DNA of 64,000 nucleotides from a virus: positions 1-64,000 of the IMG/VR virus record IMGVR_UViG_3300009085_000027. One strand, given 5' to 3'. A program made the translations under genes and the position numbers. Numbering within the stretch: position 1 is the stretch's first letter; each line of letters begins with the position of its first letter. Below are positions 1 to 9,900 of this stretch, piece by piece. A model generated the notes under the pieces. It was not told where the DNA came from and did no database searches. It saw only the letters and a program-made list of their open reading frames with translations.

Positions 1-1
1 C

Positions 2-334
2 GCTCCTGCGGCAGTCGCGGCCCTTGTGGCAGACACCATCACTAAGGTCACCCGCAAGGACCTCAAGGGGACGCTCCCGCAGCCGACGGCGGGTACTCTT
101 GCGGCTCTCAGTGGGAGACCTGCCACGGTTTCTGACGAACTTGCGGCCGAGAGACTGCGCCAAACGGTGCAGGCATATCAGGTGATGAGGGCCGCGGAGA
201 AGGCCCAGTTGTTCTCCAAGCCCCAGTGGAGCACAACCGAAATCGTGGTCGCCACGGTACTCGGCGCCGCCGCGATCGGCGCCGTCGGATACGGCGTGTA
301 CTACTACACCACCAAGGAGGACGGGGAGAAGTAG
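2..334 (+). CDS. hypothetical membrane protein, 5'-partial
   Basis: Frame is open from the window start; C-terminal hydrophobic segment IVVATVLGAAAIGAVGYGVYYY. Confidence 0.6.
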   Translation, partial: APAAVAALVADTITKVTRKDLKGTLPQPTAGTLAALSGRPATVSDELAAERLRQTVQAYQVMRAAEKAQLFSKPQWSTTEIVVATVLGAAAIGAVGYGVYYYTTKEDGEK

Positions 335-337
335 AAG

Positions 338-385
338 AAGTGGGAGTCCCGGCCGGCCCGCAGGGGTCGGTTCGGGATAACACTT
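338..385. terminator. long hairpin between convergent genes
   Basis: AAGTG..TCCCG-GCCGGCCC-gcag-GGGTCGGT-t-CGGGA..CACTT, between the + ORF end (334) and the terminase end (389). Confidence 0.5.
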
Positions 386-388
386 TGC

Positions 389-2197
389 CTACATCTCGTT
401 GGGTGGGATCTTCATCTCAAAGTCCATCATTGCGGCGTCCTCGGCCGCAGAGCTCTGGGCTTCGCTGTCCGACACCTCTCGGATCGGGGCGATGATATCC
501 GGCCTCTGGTGGTCGAACATCGACACCATCAGGCAGTATAGAATGCTGTGAAAGGTGTCATCCGGTATCCCACGGGGCTTGTCGTATTTGATCATCCGCA
601 TGGTCTCGGAGTACTCCGACTTGATGGACAGGATGTCATCGGCGTACGGCGACTTGTAAACCTCCCACGCCGGGAGCCTCACCTTCATGGCCTTGATGGC
701 ATTGAATAGATCGGACATCAGTGGGGTCCTGAACGCGATGAACCTGTGCAGAGCTCCTCTGTAGATGAGCTTTCGTGGGGCCCGGGGGGCGTACTGGAAC
801 TGATGCACCCGCTTGGGTCCGAAGGTGGAGATCAGTTTTTTGTTTTGCATGAACCCCATGCCGTAGTCGCAGCCCAGGTACTTGAGTCTAAACTTGCGGA
901 CCAGCCTAGAGATCTCTGCGACCTGCAGCTCGGGATCTGCGAGTGGACCATCGAAGCGCTGGGAGTACACGACCTGGAAACCAGAATCGCCACGGACATA
1001 GCCGCCGACGGTGAACAACGAGTACGACGCGGATTCCCCCGTTCCCCAGTCGACCCCGCCGTACAGGGTGTGGCTTGTTCCCAGAGCGGCTACGGCATCC
1101 TCGTCCATGTGGTAGTTCGAGTCGCAGGCCCTGATGACCTCGGCTCGGCTGATGGGTTTGACGCCGGAGTCGTAGCTGATGGCCAAGACCTCGTTCATGA
1201 ACTGGGCCATGTTGTAGCGTTCACGGGCCAGTAAGATCTCTTTCCATTTGTCTTGGCTCTTGAAGTACCAAGGCACCATCAGACGGCAGATTCTGAAGCC
1301 CTCGAACTCCGCTCCGGGGTTCATCTCAACCCATTGAGCCATGGGGTGTTCCGGGTTCAGCGGGTTGCCACAGCGGTCACAAACCGGACCGGTCTTGCCC
1401 AGGTTGTTGGGTCCCAGGATGTTCCAGTGCCAGGTCGATGGCTTGTTCGGTGTACCGTGGTGTTCGCACGGGATGCACCACTCCGACTGGGTCGAGGCTT
1501 TGGACCAGTAGTGCTCGATGGTGTTGTCGAACGACTTGGGTGTGCCGCTGTAGACGTAGACCGGGTTTTGTCTGTGTGAGGCAGTCTCCTCAATGACCGG
1601 CATGGTCTCCTGGAGCAAGTCCTGGATCTCATCGGCAAAGATCGCGTTCACGGAAAGACCACGGATACGGTCTGCGTTGAGGAAGGCGTATCGCAGATAT
1701 ATCTTCGACCTGTTGACGAACACCTTCTCCAGGATGTTCATCGTCAGTTCCTTGTGGGTCAGGGACTTGACCAGTGGGCTGATGTCGATGATGTCGTGGA
1801 GTCTGGCGCTGCTGAACACCTTGGTTTGCATCGCGGATGGCGAGACGAACAAGGACTCGAAGCCGGGGTTCATCCCGCAGTTGGCCAGGATCTTGTTACC
1901 GACGGTGGTGGACTTCTCGGTTTGGCGGCTGGTGAGTAGGAGCTTCCTCGGGCTTTTGGAGTCGTAGATGCGGCGCAGGTATCTGCGCTCCTCGAAGTCC
2001 ATCTTCTTGATAACACCGCGGTCGCCGTCTTTGATTCGGACGAAGTGTTCGACCCACGTAGACGGGGTCATCTTGACACGGTGGTGGCGTCTTACAGTAG
2101 TCTTCTGGGCGAAGGGATCATCGACATGGGCGCCCTGAATCGGGTCACCCTCGAAGTCTTCGGGATCAATGCCAACACCCTTTACTCTGGACTCCAT
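389..2197 (-). CDS. terminase large subunit (lambda gpA-like)
   Basis: Walker A-like SRQTEKSTT, Walker B IFADEIQD, coupling motif SGTP, Zn motif CEHH..CDRC, RNase H-like nuclease GVDWG...DDTFHS. Confidence 0.9.
   Translation of the reverse strand: MESRVKGVGIDPEDFEGDPIQGAHVDDPFAQKTTVRRHHRVKMTPSTWVEHFVRIKDGDRGVIKKMDFEERRYLRRIYDSKSPRKLLLTSRQTEKSTTVGNKILANCGMNPGFESLFVSPSAMQTKVFSSARLHDIIDISPLVKSLTHKELTMNILEKVFVNRSKIYLRYAFLNADRIRGLSVNAIFADEIQDLLQETMPVIEETASHRQNPVYVYSGTPKSFDNTIEHYWSKASTQSEWCIPCEHHGTPNKPSTWHWNILGPNNLGKTGPVCDRCGNPLNPEHPMAQWVEMNPGAEFEGFRICRLMVPWYFKSQDKWKEILLARERYNMAQFMNEVLAISYDSGVKPISRAEVIRACDSNYHMDEDAVAALGTSHTLYGGVDWGTGESASYSLFTVGGYVRGDSGFQVVYSQRFDGPLADPELQVAEISRLVRKFRLKYLGCDYGMGFMQNKKLISTFGPKRVHQFQYAPRAPRKLIYRGALHRFIAFRTPLMSDLFNAIKAMKVRLPAWEVYKSPYADDILSIKSEYSETMRMIKYDKPRGIPDDTFHSILYCLMVSMFDHQRPDIIAPIREVSDSEAQSSAAEDAAMMDFEMKIPPNEM
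2183..2195 (+). promoter_or_regulatory. -10 element of putative leaderless promoter
   Basis: TACTCT (2183-2188), 7 nt before ATG 2196. Confidence 0.45.
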
Positions 2198-2474
2198 GAG
2201 TGGGAACCTGCTCCGCTTCCTCGGTGATTTGGTTCACGAGACCAGGCGAGACGAGTCGGGGAACCTCTGGTTTCGGTTCCGAATGGGACTGACCCCAGAT
2301 CTGAAGAAGAACCTACGCGACTACGTCAAGGCCCACAACGCTTACTACGGTGGGTCGTTTCGCATCGGGTTCAACGGCCCATTCAAGATGCGGCTGGGCC
2401 CCGTTCGATCTCGGAAAAGAAACGCTCGACCAAAGGCCAAGGATCGGGACCAGCCCCAAGACCGTAAACGATAA
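2196..2474 (+). CDS. small basic hypothetical protein, antisense to the packaging operon
   Basis: MSGNLLRFLGD...; GC3-rich codons; fills the gap between minus-strand genes; leaderless -10 upstream. Confidence 0.5.
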   Translation: MSGNLLRFLGDLVHETRRDESGNLWFRFRMGLTPDLKKNLRDYVKAHNAYYGGSFRIGFNGPFKMRLGPVRSRKRNARPKAKDRDQPQDRKR

Positions 2475-2769
2475 TGCAGAAGCTCTTGAGCTCCGAGACG
2501 TAGTTGGCGCGTACCTTGGTGGTGTCGAAGCAAGCCTGGATGGCATGCTCCAGGCGATCAGGCATGTGGTAGGACTCTTTCCAGTCCTTGGCGTCCTTGG
2601 CCGGAAAGAAGTGGAACACCATCGCGGCGTCATCCACGCGGATGCCGTACTCGACGAGGTAATCCGCCGTGTCCTTGGCCAGTGGTTCTGGGATGTGTGT
2701 GCTCAACGACGAGCACGACACGTCCTGGAGGTTTGCGGACTTCAGATCATCCTGGTTTGTGTTCGTCAT
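2383..2769 (-). CDS. hypothetical protein
   Basis: 128 aa, SD GAGGAG upstream, in operon. Confidence 0.65.
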   Translation of the reverse strand: MTNTNQDDLKSANLQDVSCSSLSTHIPEPLAKDTADYLVEYGIRVDDAAMVFHFFPAKDAKDWKESYHMPDRLEHAIQACFDTTKVRANYVSELKSFCIIVYGLGAGPDPWPLVERFFSEIERGPAAS

Positions 2770-3694
2770 TGGGCTCCTCTACGGTTTCCCCCTCGGTCTC
2801 TACAACGCTGGGGAGTGCTTTGATGTCGACAGCCTTGAGGCCTGGGATGTCGTGTACGGATAGGACCTTCTCGGAGTCGTAGGATACCTCAATCCGGCGG
2901 AGCTCTTCGAGAAGTTCTGCACTGCTGCCCCGGTGCTTGGCGAGCTCCTCATCGGCTCCACGCATGATCTGAAAGGCGTTGAGTGCGGACTGTGCCCGAC
3001 CCAGACCAGGTCTCTGCAGGATTACGGCTTCCAGGAACATGCGGAACGCCATGTCACGTGCCGTGGCATAGTGGATGACTGGGCTCAGTGAGTCCGTGCT
3101 TCGGTCCACCACGGCCAGACTCAGAGCCGCACCCGCAGCACTGCGCGGAGCCATCAGCGAGGTCTGGTAGTCGTCGGTGGTGTACCCCGCCATCCACTTG
3201 GTGAAGACGTCCTTCCACTCCGCGTTGTTCATCGCGGAGTAGTCCCAGTAGTAATGGGCGTAGAGCCGGACCACCCGCGGATTCATCACTGCCTCTGGCA
3301 GGGAGAAGCGCTGTTGAAGGCGTCTCGCTATGGCCTGTGGGTTCAGTGGTCCGATCAGAAAGGCTTCCAGGGTCCGACGAATCTGAGGCTCGTGAACGAT
3401 GTCCGTGGCACTGCGGACGTACTCATCGTTCGACCACATGTCTGTGATCTCCCAGCGACTCAGGAACTTCGCCGTCACCGCGTTGAACGGCTGGTTGCTG
3501 GGATCATACCCCACGGGGAACTGCATCCTGCGCTGCTCCTCCAGGATGGACTTGATCAGACGATCGAGGTCCTTTCTGTCCTGTGGGAGTGGGAATAACA
3601 GATCATCCAGACGAGCAATGACCTCGTCGGCCTTCAGAGACCGACGAGACAGCAAGTAGTAGATGTATCGCTTCGCCGGGTATCTCAGCATCAA
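2747..3694 (-). CDS. hypothetical protein (terminase small subunit candidate by position only)
   Basis: 315 aa helical ORF overlapping both neighbours, two genes upstream of terminase. Confidence 0.6.
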   Translation of the reverse strand: MMLRYPAKRYIYYLLSRRSLKADEVIARLDDLLFPLPQDRKDLDRLIKSILEEQRRMQFPVGYDPSNQPFNAVTAKFLSRWEITDMWSNDEYVRSATDIVHEPQIRRTLEAFLIGPLNPQAIARRLQQRFSLPEAVMNPRVVRLYAHYYWDYSAMNNAEWKDVFTKWMAGYTTDDYQTSLMAPRSAAGAALSLAVVDRSTDSLSPVIHYATARDMAFRMFLEAVILQRPGLGRAQSALNAFQIMRGADEELAKHRGSSAELLEELRRIEVSYDSEKVLSVHDIPGLKAVDIKALPSVVETEGETVEEPNDEHKPG

Positions 3695-5763
3695 GAGCTC
3701 GCTGTGGTCTCCGCATCCGGATCCCGCAGCGCAAGCGACCTGAGTCCCTGAACCGTCTCGTCCAGTGCGCGAACCCCGCGGGCTGCGGCGAACTCCGGGA
3801 TCTCATTGAGACCGAGTCGCGAAGCCAGAAGGAGCTCACACAGCATGGAGAGGCACTGTTCAATGTAGGGGAGTCGGCTGATGTACATCCTAATGTTTTC
3901 CGAGTTGATGAAGCCGAGGCTGAGCACAGCATCGACAGTCATCGCGTTGGGGAAAACACTGGCTTCCTTCACGAGGTTCTGGCGCAGAGCCATCACCTCC
4001 GCGCTGCGGGCGGAAGCCAACTTTCGTGTGCTTTGGATTAGATCTTTGGCCAGCCTGACATCACTGACCCCAGAGATTTTGATGCTGCCGTTCAATGCCG
4101 CGGAGAGGCGGTTGTGGGCAGTCTTCGAGTCCAGCCCCGCGGAGCACAGGACCAACATGGCGTCGTCGAGGTCGAGTCGAGTACCCGATGCCGCGGCGAG
4201 CTTCGGCAGGTTGTGGTAGCGGAACTCGTAGGTGTCGTAGCTGTCGGAGAACACCGTGATGCTGGACCCAGCGACGGCCGCAGCGGTCTTATCCAGACCG
4301 TCCAGGGACCGAACCAGGGGCGTAGCGATCTCGGTATCCAGGCTCAGGAACTTCACGCTTGGCGACACCATGATGTCCCCACCCAGGGCCTTCATGCCTT
4401 GGACTCCAGGGACGATGCGGATGCGCCCTTCCTCACCGGAAAGGGTGTGGACCAGCCAGGAGTCCCCGCCGTCCATCCCGGCTTCCTTGCCCTTGATGGC
4501 GAGAGGCGCAGTGGCTTCGATGCCGCCCTGACCGGAGACGTAGAACACCCCAGTGCCCCGTGGGGGCGACGCCGGGAGGTCAACCCCTGTGGCGGTCATG
4601 GAACCAACGATCTGGTCCTGAATCATGGCGGCGGCACCATTGGTGAACACCGCGATGGGGCTGCGGGTGCCATCCAGGTCGAGTAGGCCAGGGATAACCC
4701 ACCCGGTCATCTCTTTGCCCTGCACGGTACGGACCTTGTAGATGCCGGGCTTTTCCACGATCTCCCAGTTCGAGACATCGGGGTCCGCAGCAGCGGTACC
4801 AGACCCAGTCAGAGTGACAGTGCCTTCGGTGTCCACCTTCTGGGTCACCTCGGGTCCGGCCTGCTTCAGGAACTCCTTGCGGGACATGTACTGTACCGGG
4901 GCACTATCCGTGACCCCGTAGTACGCCACTCGACTCGATGTCTTCACCCAGTACTGCGCCCGGGACTCATCGAAGCCGAACTGGAACACACTGGGGCGGG
5001 CTTGGCTGATGGCAACATCGCAGAGACCAGAAGCGGACTTCACCGCTGTGTCCTGGGCCTCGCTGAGAAGACGCAAGGCTCCGAGCATCGCGGTGTTTTC
5101 AGCCGAGGCCTTCACCAGACCTGGAGTACTGTGCAGGGTCTTCGCCACCTCTTCGATGTCCTGACCCCGGACTGTGGGCAGTGCGGCCTCCAGGAGCTCG
5201 AAGCTCAGCTTCATCCCAGGACCCTGAATGTGGGTCACAGCCCCGGCTGTGCCGCCACCCATGCCCTGGGAGATGCCGGCACCGAAGTCATTGTCGCTGC
5301 GTCCCGGCGGATAGAACATGTTGTACAACGTGGTGTCGCCCCAATCCTCCGTGATCATCTCGAAGGTCTCGGGACGGAACAGAATGGACCTCAAGCGATG
5401 GGCATTGAGCGGTACCATCTTGCCAGTGCCCGACATCATCAAGTCCATCGGCATGAGCAGGTGGTTCTTGATGATGACGGGGACCAAGGCTTTCTTGGCC
5501 GATCCACCAACCCGCGTCGCGCTCAGCGCGCTGTCGGTAGCCGAGGTGATGACAACGACGCCCAGGGCGTAGCCCTGCTCCTTGTCGACCTTCAGGAACA
5601 TCACCTCTGGGGTGTATTCCGACACTTCAGGGACCAAGCGGTATAGCTCGGTCAGAACCTGTCGTGTCCAGGTCTGGGGGTCTTCGTCGAGATGCACCGC
5701 AGCCGTCTTCGGCGTGGAGAAGACCAGTTCGGGCTCGTACTCGAAAATGTCCATGTCGCTCAT
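3691..5763 (-). CDS. putative head-associated protein with repeated K-x-A motifs
   Basis: 690 aa; KTAA, KSAS, KQAG, KTAA, KLAA, KLAS, KEAS; in structural operon. Confidence 0.6.
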   Translation of the reverse strand: MSDMDIFEYEPELVFSTPKTAAVHLDEDPQTWTRQVLTELYRLVPEVSEYTPEVMFLKVDKEQGYALGVVVITSATDSALSATRVGGSAKKALVPVIIKNHLLMPMDLMMSGTGKMVPLNAHRLRSILFRPETFEMITEDWGDTTLYNMFYPPGRSDNDFGAGISQGMGGGTAGAVTHIQGPGMKLSFELLEAALPTVRGQDIEEVAKTLHSTPGLVKASAENTAMLGALRLLSEAQDTAVKSASGLCDVAISQARPSVFQFGFDESRAQYWVKTSSRVAYYGVTDSAPVQYMSRKEFLKQAGPEVTQKVDTEGTVTLTGSGTAAADPDVSNWEIVEKPGIYKVRTVQGKEMTGWVIPGLLDLDGTRSPIAVFTNGAAAMIQDQIVGSMTATGVDLPASPPRGTGVFYVSGQGGIEATAPLAIKGKEAGMDGGDSWLVHTLSGEEGRIRIVPGVQGMKALGGDIMVSPSVKFLSLDTEIATPLVRSLDGLDKTAAAVAGSSITVFSDSYDTYEFRYHNLPKLAAASGTRLDLDDAMLVLCSAGLDSKTAHNRLSAALNGSIKISGVSDVRLAKDLIQSTRKLASARSAEVMALRQNLVKEASVFPNAMTVDAVLSLGFINSENIRMYISRLPYIEQCLSMLCELLLASRLGLNEIPEFAAARGVRALDETVQGLRSLALRDPDAETTASS

Positions 5764-5778
5764 GGTATCTCACCCCAT

Positions 5779-6930
5779 CTATTCGAGGAACACCTTGGTG
5801 GAAAGCATCTGAGTCAGAAGCGCAATCTGGGACGGGGACAGCACGGCTGTTCCAATCGGGGGGCCTACCCCACCTGGGGGAAGGACAATCATGGGCTGGC
5901 TGAGCAAGGAAACCAGCGCAGGTCCCAGTACCGCGGATTGGGCCGCAGCCCGGCTCCCCAGCCTCACTGCGGCACCCCCGAGTGTGGCCGTGCCACTTGC
6001 TATGTGCTCGAGGCTGCCGCCGGCGGTGAGGCTTGTACTGCCGCCCACGGTGGTGCTGTGGTCCCCACCGACTTCCAGAGTGTCAGATCCCTGAACCTCC
6101 GTGGACCGGCTACCCGTGATGGTCTCGATGCGATCCCCATTGAGACCCACCTTGAGGGTGTAGACTGCCCCAGAGACCGACCCAGTGTCCCGGTCGATGC
6201 CCTGGGGTGCTACTGTGACCTCCCAAGCCGACTTGTCTGAGCCAGGCTCCGCAACGGGCAAGTACCTGACCTGGACTGTGGCCTTGGTGTCCTGGGCATA
6301 CTCCAGGAGATCCAAAGTCCACGTCGCCGGCGCCTTCCCCGAGGGGTCGGACTCAGACCGAGCCACGGTCCAGCTCAGATCCCCTCCAAAGGACTGCATC
6401 TCGTAGTTCTCGCAGAAGTCCTTGATGTAGTTGAGAACCGGGATGTAGAGGCGCTGGGACAGCGCAGTAGATCCAATCTGAACGATGCCACCCCGACGCA
6501 GGATGACGAAGTTCTCGTCCCGAGTCGTGAGTCCGACGTCTCCGGGATTCAACTCTGGACGCCTGGACCGGAACCCTACATCAGTGGGTGAGCCCTGGGG
6601 GTTGTCTGTGGTCTGGGACCGAGCGGCTTGATCATCCGGCGTGATCTCCACCGAGGGCAGACCCAGATACCCCATGACGAATGGCGGGGTGTTGTCACTG
6701 GGCCAACCCAACAAACAGATCGCCCCAACCTCGGGGAGATGATGAATCCCCTCGCCGTTGGCGTAGTGGTGGTACTGAGCCATGCACTGAATGTCAGTGA
6801 CGGTCTTGGCGCTGTGCCGGGTCTCTACCGTAACAGTCCAGGTCTTTCGATTGACGTCAGTGATCACGGCCTCCTCCAACCTGAAGAAGGAGTACCGGTT
6901 GTGTGAGGGTCCGCCTGGGGTCCTAGCCAT
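5779..6930 (-). CDS. baseplate central spike (gp5/gpV/VgrG-like)
   Basis: N-terminal OB-fold signature LPEVGAICLLGW; C-terminal beta-helix repeats TITGSRSTEVQGSDTLEVGGDHSTTVGGSTSLTAGG. Confidence 0.75.
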   Translation of the reverse strand: MARTPGGPSHNRYSFFRLEEAVITDVNRKTWTVTVETRHSAKTVTDIQCMAQYHHYANGEGIHHLPEVGAICLLGWPSDNTPPFVMGYLGLPSVEITPDDQAARSQTTDNPQGSPTDVGFRSRRPELNPGDVGLTTRDENFVILRRGGIVQIGSTALSQRLYIPVLNYIKDFCENYEMQSFGGDLSWTVARSESDPSGKAPATWTLDLLEYAQDTKATVQVRYLPVAEPGSDKSAWEVTVAPQGIDRDTGSVSGAVYTLKVGLNGDRIETITGSRSTEVQGSDTLEVGGDHSTTVGGSTSLTAGGSLEHIASGTATLGGAAVRLGSRAAAQSAVLGPALVSLLSQPMIVLPPGGVGPPIGTAVLSPSQIALLTQMLSTKVFLE

Positions 6931-9900
6931 GAGGCTTGTCCTGTGCCGTGCCGTAAGCTCTACCCGCTGCGACGCCGATAGCTAGTCCAGGGATCGGGTG
7001 TCGGCCACCAGGTGTCGACGTATGTCCATGCTGAATGGCGGTGAGCACACTCTGTGTGATTCGCTCACCCTGGAGACGCCCCATCCAGTCTGGCTGACTC
7101 CGCAAGGGGATCATACTGGCGGGGATCAAGTGGGACTCGTACTCAATAGGCTTCTTACCCTTCAGAACCGTCCTATTGATCTCATCCAAAACTGGCTTCG
7201 TCACGAAGTCACCCCGGACGTAACTATCATGGGCCCCGGGATCTTGCACCCGAACCACACTCGTCGCTGTGCGAACCGCGAGCTCGGCGTGCCGACGTAG
7301 AACACCCTCCCTGCCATAGATCCCACCAATACGATCCACCATGTGGGATTGCACGGCGTCAAGACCCTTCGTGCTCAACAGGTCGTGGATGTTGGGCTCT
7401 CCATGGGTGAGCACTTCACCCTTGGAGAAGGAATACCCAGGCTTGACGTGATCCAGAGTCCTCTGCCTCGACACCAAGGGGTTCTTCTTCTTGTCGATGT
7501 AGATGTTCCAGGTCCCCTGTCGGGTTTTCTCCACCGAGGAGACCACCCCAGTCGACGGAGCCACAGCTGCGTCCTCGCGACTGCGCTTCGAAGCAGCGAA
7601 GAGACGATGGACATCACTGAACTCGTCCATGCCTGTACCCTTGGTGCTGACGATACCGCCACCGTGGGTCTGCCGAAGCATTAGCTGGGCAGCGCGCTCA
7701 CCCAAAGCCTGTGCCGCGATGATTCCGACGTTCTCCCCCATGTGATAGTCGCCACCACTGGGATGCACCCCCATGCACTTGGAGCAGACCCCGTGCGGCA
7801 TGCGGCACTTCAGCGGTGACCTCACCAGGATGCGATCGACCTTTGCCTTCTCGGCGTGGGCCAAGAGGTCTGGTGTAACGACGGTCCCTGCCGGGACTTC
7901 ACGAGCCCCCAGCTTCAATGGCGCAGCCAGGTGGCGGTCCACGACGTCCTTGTTCTTGATCGGCATCAACATGCCTTGCGGCGTGCCGCAATCAGCCCCG
8001 GTGATGGGTTGATCAATATTGGCTTGCACCAAGAGCTTGGACATGTACCCGGGCTCGCGAACCGAGTCGGTCTTCTGGATTAGGGCACGACGAGCTCCGG
8101 CAGCCTGGAGGAAGTATCCGCCCAGGTCGATGCCCTCGGCAAAGGACTTCGTGATTGGCACCTTCGAGGGGCGACCCAGGTGGTCCTCAACAAGCATGGG
8201 GGCCATCACGAGGCCCTGGTACTGCTCACGCTTGGCTTTGATACCGCTCACCGCCATGTCGCTGACGTTGGTGGGGTGATTGGCGAAGTGGGTGGAGTAG
8301 GTGTCGTGCAGCTTCCTGGTCGCGTCGAGCCAGTGCTGGGTCACCTCATCGGTCTTCCCCTGGGCCATGAGGGGGTTCACCTTCTTCTGTGCAGCCGCAA
8401 CGATTTGGTCGCGCTTGTCCCTCAGTGGCTCGAGGTCCTTGAGTGTCACGGTGTGACCCGACTCGTACGCCATTTGGAACCCCAGACGGCTGAGATTGTC
8501 GGCGAGCTCCACGAAGTGCTTGGGCTGGGACTTCGCTGTATCGTGAAGGATCTCGGCCTGGAACTTCTTGTCGAATGGCGCCTTCAGGTCTGTCAGGATC
8601 CGGGTCCGGTACTTCTCCGGGACCACAGCAGCCACACGGGCTCGTCCCAGAGTGGTGTCCCCAACGCCCTGGATATGGATCGTCTCATTGAGCTGGACTC
8701 GGCTCTCTTTGAACGCCTTCTCCGCCTCATCCTTGGTCTTGAAGGCCTTGCCCTTGGCAGCCCCACGAGGGACGGACATGCGGTACAGCGCCAGGGCCGA
8801 TTCGTTGGAAGGGGCGTAGAGCACGTCACCGGAACTCTCCGAAATGATTCGCTGTGACGGAACGATCCTCCTGGTCTCCTCCACTGCAGCGTGGGTCAAA
8901 GGGACCATCAGGGCAACGGTGTCGCCATCGATGTCAGCATTCAGTGGCGGCAGCACCAGGGGGCTGAGCTTCACCGCGGGGTCGTCGGTGAGCTTCACGT
9001 TCTGCCCCACCAACCCGTACTGGTGGAGCACAGGATCTCGCTTCATCAGGAGTGGTCGATTCTTGATCTCCTGCTCCAAAGCCTTGATAGCGAGTGGCGC
9101 CTTCTGCGACACCATGATCTGTGCCTTGTCACCAGGCACACCCGAACGAATCAGACGGCTGACTATGAAAGGCCGGTAGAGCTCAGCAGCAATCTTCTTG
9201 GGCACCCCGACTTCATCCACACCAAGGTCGGGGTCCACCGTGATGGTGGCCCGAGACGTGTAGTCCTGCTTCTTCGCTATGATCTTGTCCTGGAAGAAGC
9301 CGTCCTTGGGCTGCTCTCCGCTGAGCATGTGGAGAATCCCGGGTAGCTTCTTGCTCCGGTCCTCGCGAGTACCACGCATGTCGAGGTCGAGCGCCTTCTT
9401 CCCCTTCGGAGTCGTACCAAACAGGTTCCGAAGCTCCTGATACAACCCGGCCTGAGCATCGAGCGTGGCGTTGAACGGGATCTTCTCCCCATGCTTTAGC
9501 GACTCATTGGTCACACCAAGTCGGCGGTACAGGGCGTTGAGTGGGTTGTTGTTGATGGTGCCGTCCGGCTTCGTCGTCTGTGGACGGAAGATCGGCGGTA
9601 TCACGGGGACATTCTGGATGGTCCAGGCGTCTGCTGGTTTGACCCCGAGCTCCTTTAGGGTGCGCAGCGCGTGGTACTTGAAGTGGGCCTTCTCCAGCGC
9701 AGCTTCCTTGATCTTCGGATCCTTGAGCGCATCCTTGGCGTCCTTCAGCTCCTTGTCGACATTGATCTTGGACAAAGCCTCGCGGAAACCTCTGCCGCCG
9801 TATTGGCCACCGGGGAGCTTCTTCTTCCCCTCGATGATGTCCGAGATGTCGGCTTCCTGGATGCCGAGGACTCGAGAGATGGCTCTGGCGTGGATGGGGT

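Noticed and set aside
3691-5763. Major capsid protein call for this ORF or for 22393-23955
   Set aside because: No recognisable HK97-fold signature by eye; left as head-associated hypothetical proteins
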